A stretch of DNA of 64,000 nucleotides from Tubiluchus corallicola (GCA_030141605.1 JAQGDQ010000062.1:248001-312000), one strand, 5' to 3'; positions 36,801-50,069 are shown, counted from the first letter of the stretch. Numbers and translations: made by a program. The notes: generated from the sequence alone by a model not told the origin.

Positions 36801-39800
36801 TTGTACTGCAAAATTAGGCTACTAGTAGGTTAACATACGTAGGTTTGTGATTGGCGCACATGTGGATAAATAGCACACAACTCATCGCATTTGGTCACGT
36901 AGGCCAGTTAAAACTAGAAATAGTAGTTTAATAGGTCTTACACTTATAAGTCTATAATGTCACACAGACCTGCTAAAATAAAAACGAAGCTTACTGTAGG
37001 CCTTACACATACAAATTTCGTGGCTTCAAGGCCAGATATATTCACGAATGTTTTGAGTGTACGTACAAATTGCATATAATCATACTGTAGAAATTTGTTT
37101 TAACTGCAACAGTTTTGAGTTTAAATGAGAAAAGGCAATAGGCGAGTTCGAAAAAAGTATCAAACCCCTTATACGAAGTTAATATTCACTCTGGTTCTCC
37201 ATGTAAACCACGCCTGAGAATTCAACAAGTGAGGTAATATTTTTGACAAATCGCCCTGAAGACAGCTTGCTGTTTACCTTGCCATCAGAACTGTAAACAG
37301 TGTAGAACAAGTCATTTTTCTTTTTGGTAAGATCTGAGCGTTCATGGGTCTCGGTTTATTAGCATCGCAGTTCCCTGGCTTCCTAAAAATCCTGTGCACC
37401 CGGCTAATTGCTGTGCTAGGCATAGGTAACTGAAGGTCGTTGTTTATAATATTTGTCACTGTTAACAAACAATCTTAGTTAGAAATTTCAGGAATATTAT
37501 AAAGTCTTATGTTGTTTCTTAGTCTTGAAATTGTTCTAACTGAGACACAACTCTCGTGGTTTCAGAATCACAGAATCAGTTTTGCCAATACGAATGACAT
37601 ATATTTCGCTGTTTGTTTCCTCTTTATGACGGTCTGACGTCTGTGTGCGATTTAGCGTCATCTAATATAGATTCCAAATACTCGTTAAATCTCTCGCTAT
37701 TGACAACATTATTTAATTCGACATGTATTGCATTCTTAACCTCCGTCCTTATAATTTCCTTCAGTTTATCAATGCTAGGTTCCATAAAATGCTTCGTGTT
37801 TTTACTAATCGGGGTCCCCCAGATCTCACGCTAGATAATAGCGAGTGTTTACGCTTGGATCTGCTTCCAATTCGTTCAGATTCTTTAACGTTTTCGTGGT
37901 GCTCTGCATCAGACATTGCACATAGGCATGGGAGGAAAAATACTCTCACAACGTATAGACTACACAACACAACAAGACTATCATAATTTTAACGACATTA
38001 GTAATTGTAATTGTGAGAAATCAAGAAGCATGAGTGTAAATCAGTTGTATCCAGATACGTGTTCACATACCAGTACAGAGATTAATAAATTTTCTATCCG
38101 ATGAATTCTAACAACAAAAATTCCAGTTCACGTTTATGAAGCAGAAATCTGAAAAATATTCACAAAGTGCGCCATATATACACGAATTTATTACTCAGCT
38201 CACGAATAACAAGACTGACCAACGCCATATTATAACCCCAAAAAGTTTTGTTTAAGTTGCCTAGGTATTACGGGGCAATATGCTGACCTGGCACGAACAG
38301 TTTAACAATATTTATAAAAAGGAAAGAATGCATCATACTTTCGACAAGTCAAGAGACAGTTACGAAATACTAATAATGCCCCACTACTCGTATGGCTGCA
38401 TACTATTTCACAAAATAAAGAGAGAATAGGTCTATTTTACCAAATTAAACGTCCCTCAAACTATGTTTTGCGATTAATTAATCAATGGTTACCCTGAAAA
38501 ATGTCTCATAATACTATAATAAATCCAGCGGGTATCCATCTCAGGATATATAGAGTTGTGCTACATCTGTGATCTTCCGTTAAAAGATCCAGAATACGGT
38601 TTCAAATAAACTTTATTGCATAACCAATCAGGAGGAGCGAACAGACTTGTTGGCAAGCCTGTTGCCTACAGTATTCACTTTTGCAGACGGAAAGGTCTGG
38701 TTACGCATGCATTCTGTTTACCTTGCTTCCCAGTAATATACATATTGCATCACGGGACTTCCTAAGTCCTAAGGCATAGGGGAAGATGTCCCGCAAGGAA
38801 GTATTATGGGGGCATATATATTATGACGGTGAGGCAAATGTCAAGGTGTTAGATGGATGCCCTAAGCGACTTACCTCTGTCCAGGGTATAGCTATCCAGG
38901 AGGAACTGACTAGGGCTCAAATGTCCAGGAGTGAGTGGTCCTGATAGGCTTAGGAGCATTGTGACAAAGTGAAATCAAAATAGGCCACTTTTGTACAATT
39001 GAAATGCTTTAGTAGATGGTAACTAGCAATCCATTTGCTCATCCTTAAACTTGATTCTGGGATTAATTGATTATAAACCAGATTAACAACAGTTATTATT
39101 GGTTTAGAAACTGACAGTCACTTTACGTTTATTCACTTTTAAAGAAATTCACATTTTTTCAGTCACGAGCAAGAAATGCGAAGTATGTCCTCCAGGCCCT
39201 GCAGGAGCAACGGGACCACCTGGGCCACCAGGGCCAAAAGGACCCAAAGGTGATCCCGGAGATGAAGGACCATCTGGTCCACAGGGAAACCAACCTGGGC
39301 CACCAGGACCATCTGGCCCCGAAGGTCCAAAAGGCCCAAAAGGACCTGCTGGTCCCAGCGGTCCAACAGGTCCACCAGGCCCAACAGGTTCAAAAGGATC
39401 AAAAGGTGTATCAGGACCAGGAGGAGGACCAGGACCAATAGGTCCAGACGGTTCAAGTGGTGCACCAGGAACACGAAAAGGACACCCTGGATTTGGAATA
39501 CCTGGCCCAAAAGGACCAAAAGGACATCCAGGAAATCAGGGTTATCCAGGATGGATTGGCCCCTTTGGACCTCCTGGTGTTTCTGGGCCACCTGGGCCAG
39601 TAGGACCAAAAGGATATCCTGGTTCAAAAGGTGAACCGGGACCAGAAGGTCCAGCTGGCCCATCAGGCAAAAAGGGAAGGCCTGGGCCTTATGGTCACAT
39701 TGGGCCATTTGGACCCCGTGGTCCTAGTGGACAGCCTGGTCCCCATGGGGAACCTGGGCCACAAGGTCCACCTGGACCTGCTGGAGACACAGGTTCGACA

Positions 39801-42800
39801 GGCACTGAGGGAAAGGAAGGACCAGTCGGTCCCATTGGACCATCAGGAATCAGAGGTCCCAGTGGGACAAGTGGCCCACCTGGCCCAACTGGCCCACCTG
39901 GACCAAAGGGTAACAAAGGGGTTATTGGACCATCAGGTTCAGAAGGGCTTCCTGGTCCACCAGGCCCACGTGGATCTAGTGGAATGTTCGGCGTAATTGG
40001 GCCTTCTGGCCTGTTTGGTCCAGGAGGAGAAGGCGGATCAACAGGAGAACCAGGAATGAGAGGTGCTAGAGGTGTAGAAGGCACAAAAGGTCTTCCAGGT
40101 AACAAAGATGAAATACTAATTTAATTTTACCTTTGAAGTAATAGAAGATTTTTTGTTGCTCCTTTTAAAAAACGCGAATGTGTGCATTTAATAATCTAGT
40201 GGCAAATGAGCACAATATGTAAGAATGTGGTGCCTCATGTTAAGTCTTTTCACCCAGTGCCTTTAAAGTCTTATGGGTCTAACATTTTCTGATAAGGTGC
40301 CATTTTTCAATCAAGGTTTAAGGTCATTTCAAGGTCATTTAAAGTAAAAAATTTAAAATGAAATGTTTTCTATATTACGTAAGGTAAGAAATACGAGATT
40401 ATATGAGATATTATACATCTCATTTTAGACATTTACATTAAATGATCTTAAAATTACCTTAAACCTAGAAAGAAAAAATGGCACCTTATTTTCTAGAAGC
40501 TATAGACTCATTCAAATTTTGAACAGCAGTCTAAAGACAAGTCTGCCAAAAGACACTGACTAATATTGATAATTATATTCTCTCAAGGCTAAGGTATTAG
40601 ACTGGGAGCCCAGAGAGGTTCTAATGCAAAATTCGAGCACAAAAGGTTTGAGTAGATAAACAGAATGCACAAAGGCCAAGTTTCAAAAATATGTTTGTCT
40701 TGTATTGTGCATTTAATGTGCAACCAGTCACCAGAGGTCAAAGGTCACGCCGATGAAACCAAAAAATAGCCATTTAATGCAAAATTTGAGCACAAGGAAA
40801 ATTTTTGTGGCAGCGTGTAGAGCACGGTTAGTAGTGCTTAGATTTACGCTCGTGACGAAAAAAATACCAGTCATAAGTCTACACAAGTTAAACTTTACTA
40901 TTTCATCTAAATTAGAGCACAAGAGAAAAATTTGTGTGATCTTGCAGTACTTACCTAGTACATGCCAAATTTATACTCAATCAAAAGAAATGTAATCATA
41001 GATAACCTTAAGATAAGATTCAAAGTAAGATTTACGTAATTAATTTCGGTGGTATAGGGCTTTAAATAAAATGAGATTCGAGGCTAGAGCTTCAATGAAT
41101 GCATCATTTTCACAAAAATACATGCACGAAACGAAATGTCTCGCTTTGGTGTCATCGCAATAGTGGTTTATTTTTGAATCGGGGCAGGTGGCTTGTTTGC
41201 CTGTTTTTCCCCTTAAAGCTTATACTTCATATTTCTAGAGAACAAGGACGTTGCAGGTTGGGGTCAGTAATGGTTGGCTAGCTTATTCATCAGTGGGTGT
41301 TGTAGGCATATTTAGAATTCGCGGGAGGGCCAAAAGGCTTTTTCCCACACCCAACCGCCCGATTTTTTCAAAATTTTAGCCTAACAGCTGTGTAGTGTAG
41401 AAAAACTCTTAGCGGCGCCTGGTGGGACTATTCGATGCTATACCCACCACACTACACCATATCACACCAGACCACCCACACCCCATAGCGTTTCACCGCT
41501 CCACTAAGGACGATGGTGACTGCGAAGACGGCGACAACCACACTGGCAGCGATGTTCGACAACGATGCCGGTCTCTTTCTAGACCCCTTTACCGTATCCG
41601 AAAAAACGGGATAATTCAAATTTCTTGTTTGCGATTTTTTCACTGGTTAGCGACATCACCCATTATATTCTGCCTACAGACATTGTAGAATGTTCGTGTA
41701 TTATCGCTCATTAGTAGATGGTCTAATAGCGTTTTTCATTGTACACAATTGCGCAAATTGTCTTTGCATGGTTTCAATAGCCTGTTGTTTTGTTGTCGAA
41801 CATCGCTGCCAGTGTGGTTGTCGCCGTCTTCGCAGTCACCATCGTCCTTAGTGGAGCGGTGAAACGCTATGGGGTGTGGGTGGTCTGGTGTGATATGGTG
41901 TAGTGTGGTGGGTATAGCATGTTGTAGTCACAGTGGAGGGCATGGCGGGGTGTGGGTAATGTGGATGGTATGGTGTGGTGTGGATGGTATGATATGGTGT
42001 TGATAATTTTAGATGTACTAGGCCAGTACTACAAGTTCCCACAAAGAATTTTCTTGTGCTTCAATTTAGGTGAAATAGTGACCACTGACCAATGGTCGAG
42101 TTTGTCTTGCGTCCACTCATGACTGGTATTTTATTGTCTTGCATATAAATCTAAGCACTACTAGCAATGCTCTACACGTTGCCACAAGAATTTTCCTTGT
42201 GCTTTAATTTTGAATTAAATGGTTATTTTTTGGTTTCATCGGCGTGACCTTTGACCTCTGGTGACTGGTTGCACATTAAATGCACAATACAAGATAAATA
42301 TATTTTTGAAATCTTGGCCTTTGTGCATTCCATTTAGCTACTCAAACCTTTGTGCTCGAATTTTGCATTAAAACCTTTCTGGGCTCCCCGTATATATTTT
42401 CTAGGTCGAAAAATATAAAAAATGACAGAATTCTATCATATAATCTTGGAAACGTTTTTTCGTCGAGCAAACTTGTATAAAACTGTGATATTCTACACAT
42501 TTTGAACTAGCAAGCAATATGTATGAAATACATAAACATAAATATAGAAATAGAAAAATAATCGCGATACCGAACATACTCATATTTATATATCAAGCTT
42601 TCAGCCATCTTTTTTAATAGATCTGCTGCCAAGTGTCTGTTTTATTGTCTGTCTGCCTGCTTGTCCGTCTGTCTATCTCTATGTTGTTTGCCTTTCAGTA
42701 CTTGTGCGTTTCAGGGTAATAGTATCAAACATATCTAATGTTCTTGTTACTCTGGCATATTATTGTTAGAAAGAACATTGTCATTATAACAGGGTTAGTT

Positions 42801-43755
42801 GTATAACCTGAACTGCAGTGTAGCTAATGCGAAAAATTTTTTTTGCGGGGTTTGGCTAGTTTAAATATAATAACACTTAACGTTGAAAGTAAGATATTTA
42901 CAGTCGATCACACTTCATTTCACTCGGTCAATTATTTCATTCAGTTGGTTATAGAGAACCAAAACATATTTGATTTGTATATAGCTTGTAAAAATTTCCG
43001 TACATCACATTTTTTGCAAAGTGGACCTGTCAATTAGTTAAAAGAATTACTTTGTTTATTGTAAAAACTGTGCAAGAATATCTCCTCTCCTCCTTAAGAT
43101 GTCCACACCATACATAAATTACATACATATAGCCTCAAATTTTACTACTAAGATATAGTTTTTAACGTTTTTATGGACGTACAATGCTTCTTTTATTACA
43201 AAAAAAACTTGAAGTTTGGAATCAGTGACCTTAAACGCTCCTTTTTTGATACTTGAATCAGACATTACAGAATGGGGTTGTCTTAAGATACTTTTGATAC
43301 TAGTGTTCAAAGTGTGTCCTTTTATACGAAAATGCAACTGCCTAGTTGTATGACTCACATATGTCTAGTGATAACTATCACATTCAAACTTACAGTAATT
43401 GTCCGGTTTTAAATTACTAGTCTTTTTCATTAACTCTCAAATTAGTAGGAAAGTTGTAAACGGTGTGTAAATACATTGGTATAATATCAGCAGAGCGTAA
43501 GGTTTCGTGTTTATCATTTTTGTTATTTGCTTCACAGGTGATTTATCGTCAGCCATAGTTAAGGTTCGACACGTTTATGGGAACCCCACTGCGTCATATG
43601 ACAACACCGGCCTTGCTTATATTTCACCATTGAACGCAAGATTAAGAAACGCTAACAGACGCGGAGATGAACTTTTGCTAGAAGGCACAACTTTTGAAAA
43701 TTTTATGTTGCAACTGATTCAACACGCCGATAAATTTGAAAGGCCAAACAAATGA
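33727..43755 (+). CDS. Secreted short-chain collagen (445 aa): signal peptide, acidic N-terminal segment, CxxC, ~100 Gly-X-Y triplets, ~70-aa non-collagenous C-terminus
   Basis: Exons 33727-33832, 35325-35402, 39163-40098 and 43538-43755, with three phase-1 GT-AG introns, give 1338 nt in frame. N-terminus [29 protein letters not shown]. Confidence 0.88.
34700..35150 (-). repeat. Dispersed repeat family B, copy 3
   Basis: TCTAAACTTATTCCAAACGAC..GCTGCGCCTA is the reverse complement of the family core. Confidence 0.72.
35325..35402 (+). CDS. Collagen acidic N-terminal exon
   Basis: [26 protein letters not shown]; strong tttttgcag acceptor and gtaagt donor. Confidence 0.8.
39163..40098 (+). CDS. 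Collagen triple-helix exon (936 bp)
   Basis: [11 protein letters not shown] then [21 protein letters not shown]...[12 protein letters not shown](G); unbroken GGN-NNN-NNN periodicity with three short imperfections. Confidence 0.97.
40272..40490. mobile_element. Hairpin MITE
   Basis: ATAAGGTGCCATTTTT..AAGGTTTAAGGTCATTT versus AAATTACCTTAAACCT..AAAAATGGCACCTTAT. Confidence 0.65.
40603..42388. mobile_element. Foldback/MITE-like element with ~300-bp terminal inverted repeats
   Basis: 40603-~40900 (GGGAGCCCAGA...GAGGTCAAAGGTCACGCCGATGAAACC...) is the reverse complement of ~42100-42388. Confidence 0.85.
41435..41920. repeat. Perfect 129-bp inverted repeat (41435-41563 / 41792-41920)
   Basis: Read base by base, the arms are exact reverse complements; spacer 228 bp. 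Confidence 0.92.
43119..43460 (-). mobile_element. Penelope-like GIY-YIG endonuclease relic
   Basis: Minus strand reads [27 protein letters not shown]...IKEALYV, resembling VYKFxC..C...YIG.T.R.L..RIKEH...IKEAL. Confidence 0.65.
43538..43755 (+). CDS. Collagen C-terminal non-collagenous exon
   Basis: (G)[71 protein letters not shown]-stop; ttcacag acceptor, phase matches. Confidence 0.8.
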
Positions 43756-45152
43756 GACGATTGAAACTCATTGAGTAGTTTGTATATATATAAATCTATT
43801 ATCAGTCGGCAATATGAAAACATTTGCCAGCACTTGTAATATTTTAGTGTGCAACGTTGTAAATTGTCTAGTAACTTTGGATGTCAAATTGAAGATATAC
43901 GGATGATCTTTGCCTGTTAAGTAACAAATGCTTTGACGAAATTATATTATATATATATATATGTGATGCATACGTACACAATGGCGTATACGTATGCATA
44001 TCTTCAAAGTAAAGGAAGCATAATTTAAAGTAAAGGACATTTAAACAGATGTGTCTAAGTTTAATTAAGTTATTTTTTTAAATTTATCATAATACGTCGT
44101 GGTGCTAAAACATTCTAAGAAAAAATAACAAACAATATAAAAAAGTTGTAGTTTGACATTATCTGATAAATAAACAAAGTTAGAATGCATCTTTTTGTAG
44201 AGTTTGTATACTATTACAGGCAGTGTATAAAACTTAGACATTTTATGAAATTCTTAGGCATTTGATATCATATCTATGCATTTTCAAGGAAAGTGTGAAA
44301 TAAATCTTTTCCTGCGACAATTTCATACTTAATCTAGACGTTTTTGCACAATATCTAGGCTCTGTACAACATGCAAATGCAACTACTAAGTCAGCAACAT
44401 TGCGTGTTTGAAAGAGCCGACATCCAGAGTATCAACTCCACAATTATGATACACTACATTCGCTTGTCATGACATGTCGTCAGAATGAGCGAGACCAAAC
44501 TTTCTCATCAGATTCTCTTTAGTAAATTCACGACTGGCAAAAGACCAAGTGGATGCCCTCTTTGTCGCTAGAAAACCACGCTCTAACAAGCAAAGCAAAC
44601 AGGTATCAAACTTAAAACATTCAACATTCAAAAATCAAACTCAGGAGTGTACCAGCTGGCATCCGGACCATTCACAATGAAACCCAGTATTTCGAGAAAG
44701 AAAGGAAGAGGAGAGCAACAGTTCAAGGTGAACACTCGACAAGCTCAACAGTGCCCTCTGCCAATTCTCGAATGATGTCTGTGTCGCTGAATATTTCATG
44801 CAAGAACTGCTCATGGTCAGCGAAGCGAATGAACATTTTTTAACACAAATTTGCGAGCATGACATTTTCATACATTCCTAAATTTTATTTTGGCATTACA
44901 TACTACAAAATGCTTTGGAAAAGTGCATCCTAAATCTAGAAATTATACAGTTCGTCTAACTCTATAATGCGTGCGAAAGTGAAGAAATTATTTGAAATAC
45001 TTTATCTGGTTTGTTTTGACGCTCCATAAACGTCTAAGCATTCTATAGAATGCTCGGCTCACACTTCAACTTGTAACATATGCACAAATAATTTGTAAAA
45101 AAAATCAATTTTCTAATTCATGGTTTTCTTTAACTTTTGCAGTAAGTTGCTT

Positions 45153-45952
45153 GTCTGTCTTAGCGCTGTGTCGTAGTGTCTTAGTCTTGTTGTTTATCTT
45201 AGCGCTGTGTTGTAGTGTCTCAGTCTTGTTGTTTATCTTAGCGCTGTGTCGTAGTGTCTTAGTCTTGGTTGTTTATCTTAGCGCTGTGTCGTAGTGTCTT
45301 AGTCTTGTTGTTTATCTTAGCGCTGTGTCGTAGTGTCTTAGTCTTGTTGTTTATCTTAGCGCTGTGTCGTAGTGTCTTAGTCTTGTTGTTTATCTTAGCG
45401 CTGTGTCGTAGTGTCTTAGTCTTGTTGTTTATCTTAGCGCTGTGTTGTAGTGTCTCAGTCTTGTTGTTTATCTTAGCGCTGTGTCGTAGTGTCTTAGTCT
45501 TGGTTGTTTATCTTAGCGCTGTGTCGTAGTGTCTTAGTCTTGTTGTTTATCTTAGCGCTGTGTCGTAGTGTCTTAGTCTTGTTGTTTATCTTAGCGCTGT
45601 GTCGTAGTGTCTTAGTCTTGTTGTTTATCTTAGCGCTGTGTCGTAGTGTCTTAGTCTTGTTGTTTATCTTAGCGCTGTGTCGTAGTGTCTTAGTCTTGTT
45701 GTTTATCTTAGCGCTGTGTCGTAGTGTCTTAGTCTTGTTGTTTATCTTAGCGCTGTGTCGTAGTGTCTTAGTCTTGTTGTTTATCTTAGCGCTGTGTCGT
45801 AGTGTCTTAGTCTTGTTGTTTATCTTAGCGCTGTGTCGTAGTGTCTTAGTCTTGTTGTTTATCTTAGCGCTGTGTCGTAGTGTCTTAGTCTTGTTGTTTA
45901 TCTTAGCGCTGTGTCGTAGTGTCTTAGTCTTGTTGTTTATCTTAGCGCTGTG
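45153..45952. repeat. Highly homogeneous 39-bp minisatellite, ~20 copies
   Basis: TCTTAGCGCTGTGTCGTAGTGTCTTAGTCTTGTTGTTTA. Confidence 0.96.
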
Positions 45953-46808
45953 TGTTTTACTAATTTTTCTCTCTACACTTTTTCAGACAAATAGTTTGGA
46001 GATTCTGTTTGATGCTGTTTAGCAAGCTTTTGTTTACAGTTGTGCCTATGTAGACCTGTTTCTGTTAATTACGCAGCTACATTTGAAATACTAATTGTGA
46101 AAAGTTGTAATTAAGTTTTTCTAATCGGATCCACATGAGTCATTAATTCGAAATAGTGACGTTAGCTGATCTGTTATTGAGCCATGTGAAAACGAAAACT
46201 TTCTTGGCCAAAGGATAACAGAGATGGATATATTAACACTAGAAGATATTTGTTATTTTAGAGCAAATAAGCTATGCCGAAAATTCTGTTATTGTAGTAA
46301 TGCTGTAGAACACGCCTGTTTAATTGTTACTGTAAAAGCTTCTACCTGGTGGCGCCTTCATAACTATAACCTACATCGCCCCTTTCTCATTTAAATTAAT
46401 GCAAAAATTCTTCAGCCACAGTTCGATATCAGTATTGAGGCACTTTCATAACACCCAAGTTAGCGTAATGTAATTTACAAGAAAGGGGAGTGTAAAATTT
46501 AAATAGTGAATGCTTGGATGTAAAACAACGTAAACAATGACTTCAAGTGTAAGAAAGTGTAAGAGTTGGAAGATAAAACGTAGTATATTTAAAAATATTA
46601 TTGATAAGCTAATCAATGTTGCCTTGATTGAAGCCAGCGTGGAATGCTAGTTTTATGTAATGCTGTCCTTTTTGTGTAAGTGAATAACTGTTTTAACCAT
46701 GATGTCTTTACTAATTTGTGTAAATATAGTAATATATCGCTAGTAACGAATAGCCTCTGATTAACTGCATTTACAAAGGTAAGCATCTAGGTCAGCTCTG
46801 CTAGGTTA

Positions 46809-46882
46809 GACCATTAGTTCAAATGGTAGAGTACCTGTGCGTGGAAGAAGGAGGTCTCACTTCAAATCACGTTTGGTCCACA
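46809..46882 (+). mobile_element. tRNA-derived SINE head or tRNA pseudogene
   Basis: GACCA..TAGTTCAAATGGTAGAG (A box)..TTCAAATC..TGGTC; anticodon and T arms do not pair properly. Confidence 0.5.
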
Positions 46883-49006
46883 ATTTTTATGTGCCTCCTT
46901 CGCGTGATGGTCTTCTTAACATGTGGTGATGACCGATTGTATACTAGTAGTGTGAGATCTCAGAGCAGCTATGTTATATTGAGTTAGTAGTTCAAGTGGC
47001 AGAGCATGTACCACGAAAACACAGGTTCTGGGTTGACTCACAAATACTCTGAACTTTTAGCTTTTTTCTGGTTTTATTCAACATTAAAAATATTTTTACG
47101 TAAAACGTATTCACTTCCATAGGCGTCTTTTTACTATATGCTGCATAGCACAGTTTTGTCTCACCGAAGAGGGCTAACCATTTTGAATTTTTAATTTCCA
47201 TTTTAAATTAGTGGATTCAGTATTTCAAGTTATAATGCTGTTGCTTAAGGTTAGCTAAGGTTGCTACAATTTAATTCATTTAAATATGTATGTATGTGAC
47301 GCCGTGTAATAATTAAGTCAGGACGTTAGGAAATCAGAGTACTGTGTTCATGGTTCCCGAGCGTTTCCGTCACTTTTATATGCTAAATTTACAAGATAAT
47401 CATTTATTTGTTGTGTAGGATACGCGAATTCGTGTCACTGGCGCAACACTTGTGTACACGTGCAAATTATTTAATCAGAACGAAAACGGAACTAAAAACT
47501 AATATTTAGATTTAGAATTTAATCAGTAAAACAATGATAGCAAAATTGAACTGATAACAATTTCGAACAATACCTAATTCCCCCAAAAGTAACGTTGGCC
47601 TGCTACGCTTCTGTCTCTCATCAGGCTTTTGGATCTATCGGTCTTGAGTCTCCAACCATACCACATCAGCTTTTCTTCTCCAGCAGTCAGCCACGTCCTC
47701 GCCAGCAACTCTTTGCCAATGGTCACCAATCCAGCCTCTGCATGGACCACGGTTTAAAACTACTCCAGCAATCCAGCGGTTGAACTCGTACCTGGTTGCC
47801 TCGGGATTGAACTCTTGCCTGGTTGCCTCAGACTCCCAGTAATAAAGCCAGATATCGTCCTTTTGCAGGGTGCCAAACAGAACCTTCAGTTCAGACGAAC
47901 AGACAGACCATTGGTCCAGATAGAACTGGTCCTCGACCGGTTTTCCACTACTATTCAGCGAGAATCTAAGTCCTATTCTGCAGGTAGAAATATGGTTACC
48001 AAACACTTGCTTCTTGGAATGTCAAGACAGTGTCATCACAGCAAACAACGAATAAACAAAATTAGACAAAACCACTGTCTTTGTGATAAAACATCTCACT
48101 GCATACGAGTGCCATCAAAGACAGGTTCACACCAAACTTGGTGTTCAGCCATATAAAATAACCTCAGGATGTGGACTAACCAGTAAAACTCCACTAACCT
48201 GCAACTTCGACAGTCAGAACATAACTAGTGTAAAACACGAACTCTGTATTAAGATCTCAAAAACAGGTTGAAGCCATTTGGTATTCGAATTTTCAGGTAA
48301 CCTAATTACAGGTACGCAGAGAAATGAGCGGCCAGAGCCATCTAGTGTCAAAGTCTTACAAAGACACCCAATGTAATATAAGTTTAATAAACAGTGCAAT
48401 AAATCAATAAAATAATTAGATCATTAATTATGCATACAACGTCATACGAAAGATATATCAAAATAGGTGTTGCGACAATGATGGGTGGTATAACCGATCA
48501 TCACAGATGTCCTATATGCTTTATTAATTTTTATTAATAATGAATCACTGCTGAATGACTTGCTACCCCATAAGTATGTCTAGTGAAATTGCAACAGCAA
48601 TGAAGTATTACTCGTAGAATGACAAAACAAATTAATAAAACTTAAAGTTTCAATTAGAAAATTTGAAAAATATGGAAAACACAAAACTATGAAAAACTGT
48701 AAAATCTTCTGAAATGCCAAAGCACTCTATAATATCCTAACCTAAATAAGTATTGCATTCACACTTGCAATGAGTGCTGTAATGGGAAGCTAAAGTTAAA
48801 ATGCCACAGTTAACAAACTTTCCACGCAATATACATAAATAAAAGAAAAGTTTAATGTAAACATTAGATTAATTTTGATTTTTTGACGTTGCATCTAGCT
48901 GCATTTTCGCAGCCAAATGAATCACAACTGCACTTTGTTAAGACTGGCACCCATTGCACTGTCGAAGTGTACTCCAATTTAAATACTTACTGCACTATTT
49001 CTAGCT

Positions 49007-49340
49007 ACAACTGGCTAAATGATACACTGGCTAAATGATACACTGGCGAAATGATATACTGGCGAAATGATACACTGGCGAAATGATATACTGGCGAAAT
49101 GATGGACGGGCGAAATGATAGACTGGTGAAACAATAGACTGGTGAAACAACAGACTGGTGAAACAATAGACTGGTGAAACAACAGACTGGTGAAACAACA
49201 GACTGGTGAAACAATAGACTGGTGAAACAACAGACTGGTGAAACAATAGACTGGTGAAACAACAGACTGGTGAAACAATAGACTGGTGAAACAACAGACT
49301 GGTGAAACAATAGACTGGTGATATGTAACTCTGGCGAAAT
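49007..49340. repeat. 17-bp tandem repeat
   Basis: GACTGGTGAAACAAYA-type units; related CTGGCGAAA units at ~27761-27830. Confidence 0.92.
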
Positions 49341-50069
49341 GCTGGAGAAGTGGGTGATCACCGTTTTGATACACCAGTTGCGCCTAATCGCGGGCCCTAA
49401 TAGCCGTAAACAGAATGACGTGCACATAATGAACATGTACTAATGATGAAATGAGTAAGTAAATTTTTTAAAATCAAGCCTGACCAATAAAAGAAAGTGT
49501 TAAAATGTCGTTGTCGTAAGCATGAATTTTAATCATGGTCATTCCAACTGCGCCAAATAATATTATTCTATAATCGCTTAAGTGCAAAACTCTTTTTGAT
49601 GTAAATCAAAGACGCGCTCTTAATTGAGCCTGCTTGTTCGTTAAATGATAGAGAATTTTCATGGCATGTAGGACATAGGGCTTGTAAGGCAAGTTTCTTT
49701 GTTCAAATTCGGTTCTAAACTCTGCCGAGTTTGACTTAAAAATATGAATAACTGTGGACACCCGTTCATAAAACTGTTACAATTGTAAATAATTAACTGG
49801 TTGCTGAAAGGTGTCAATCATGCACATTACAGAGCTACAGTGTGTGAGCACGAATGCTTAGTTTAATATCTATGACCAGGTTTCGACTTTTTAGCTGGAT
49901 GGCCGACGTATGGCAAAGCGTCTAGTTTCTCTGCACTATTGCTCGTTTAAACAGTGAATTAACCTTATGAAATTTTTCCCTGGTTAAGAATTTTCTAGCA
50001 CGTAGACCATGCGGAAAACCAGGTATAGTTAATTTATCAAGGTTGACGTTAATGAACAGTTCAATACCC

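Noticed and set aside
39163-40105. Track ORFs in other frames and strands over the collagen exon
   Set aside because: Shadows of Gly-X-Y codon periodicity; the true frame lacks its own start because it is an internal exon.
45153-46022. CRISPR-like array or membrane-protein ORFs
   Set aside because: Head-to-tail identical 39-bp units with no unique spacers and no cas genes, in eukaryotic DNA; the ORFs are repeat artefacts.
46809-46882. Functional tRNA gene (also the tRNA-like stretches at ~32200, ~51565 and ~61040)
   Set aside because: Cloverleafs are incomplete or unpaired; more likely SINE heads or relics.
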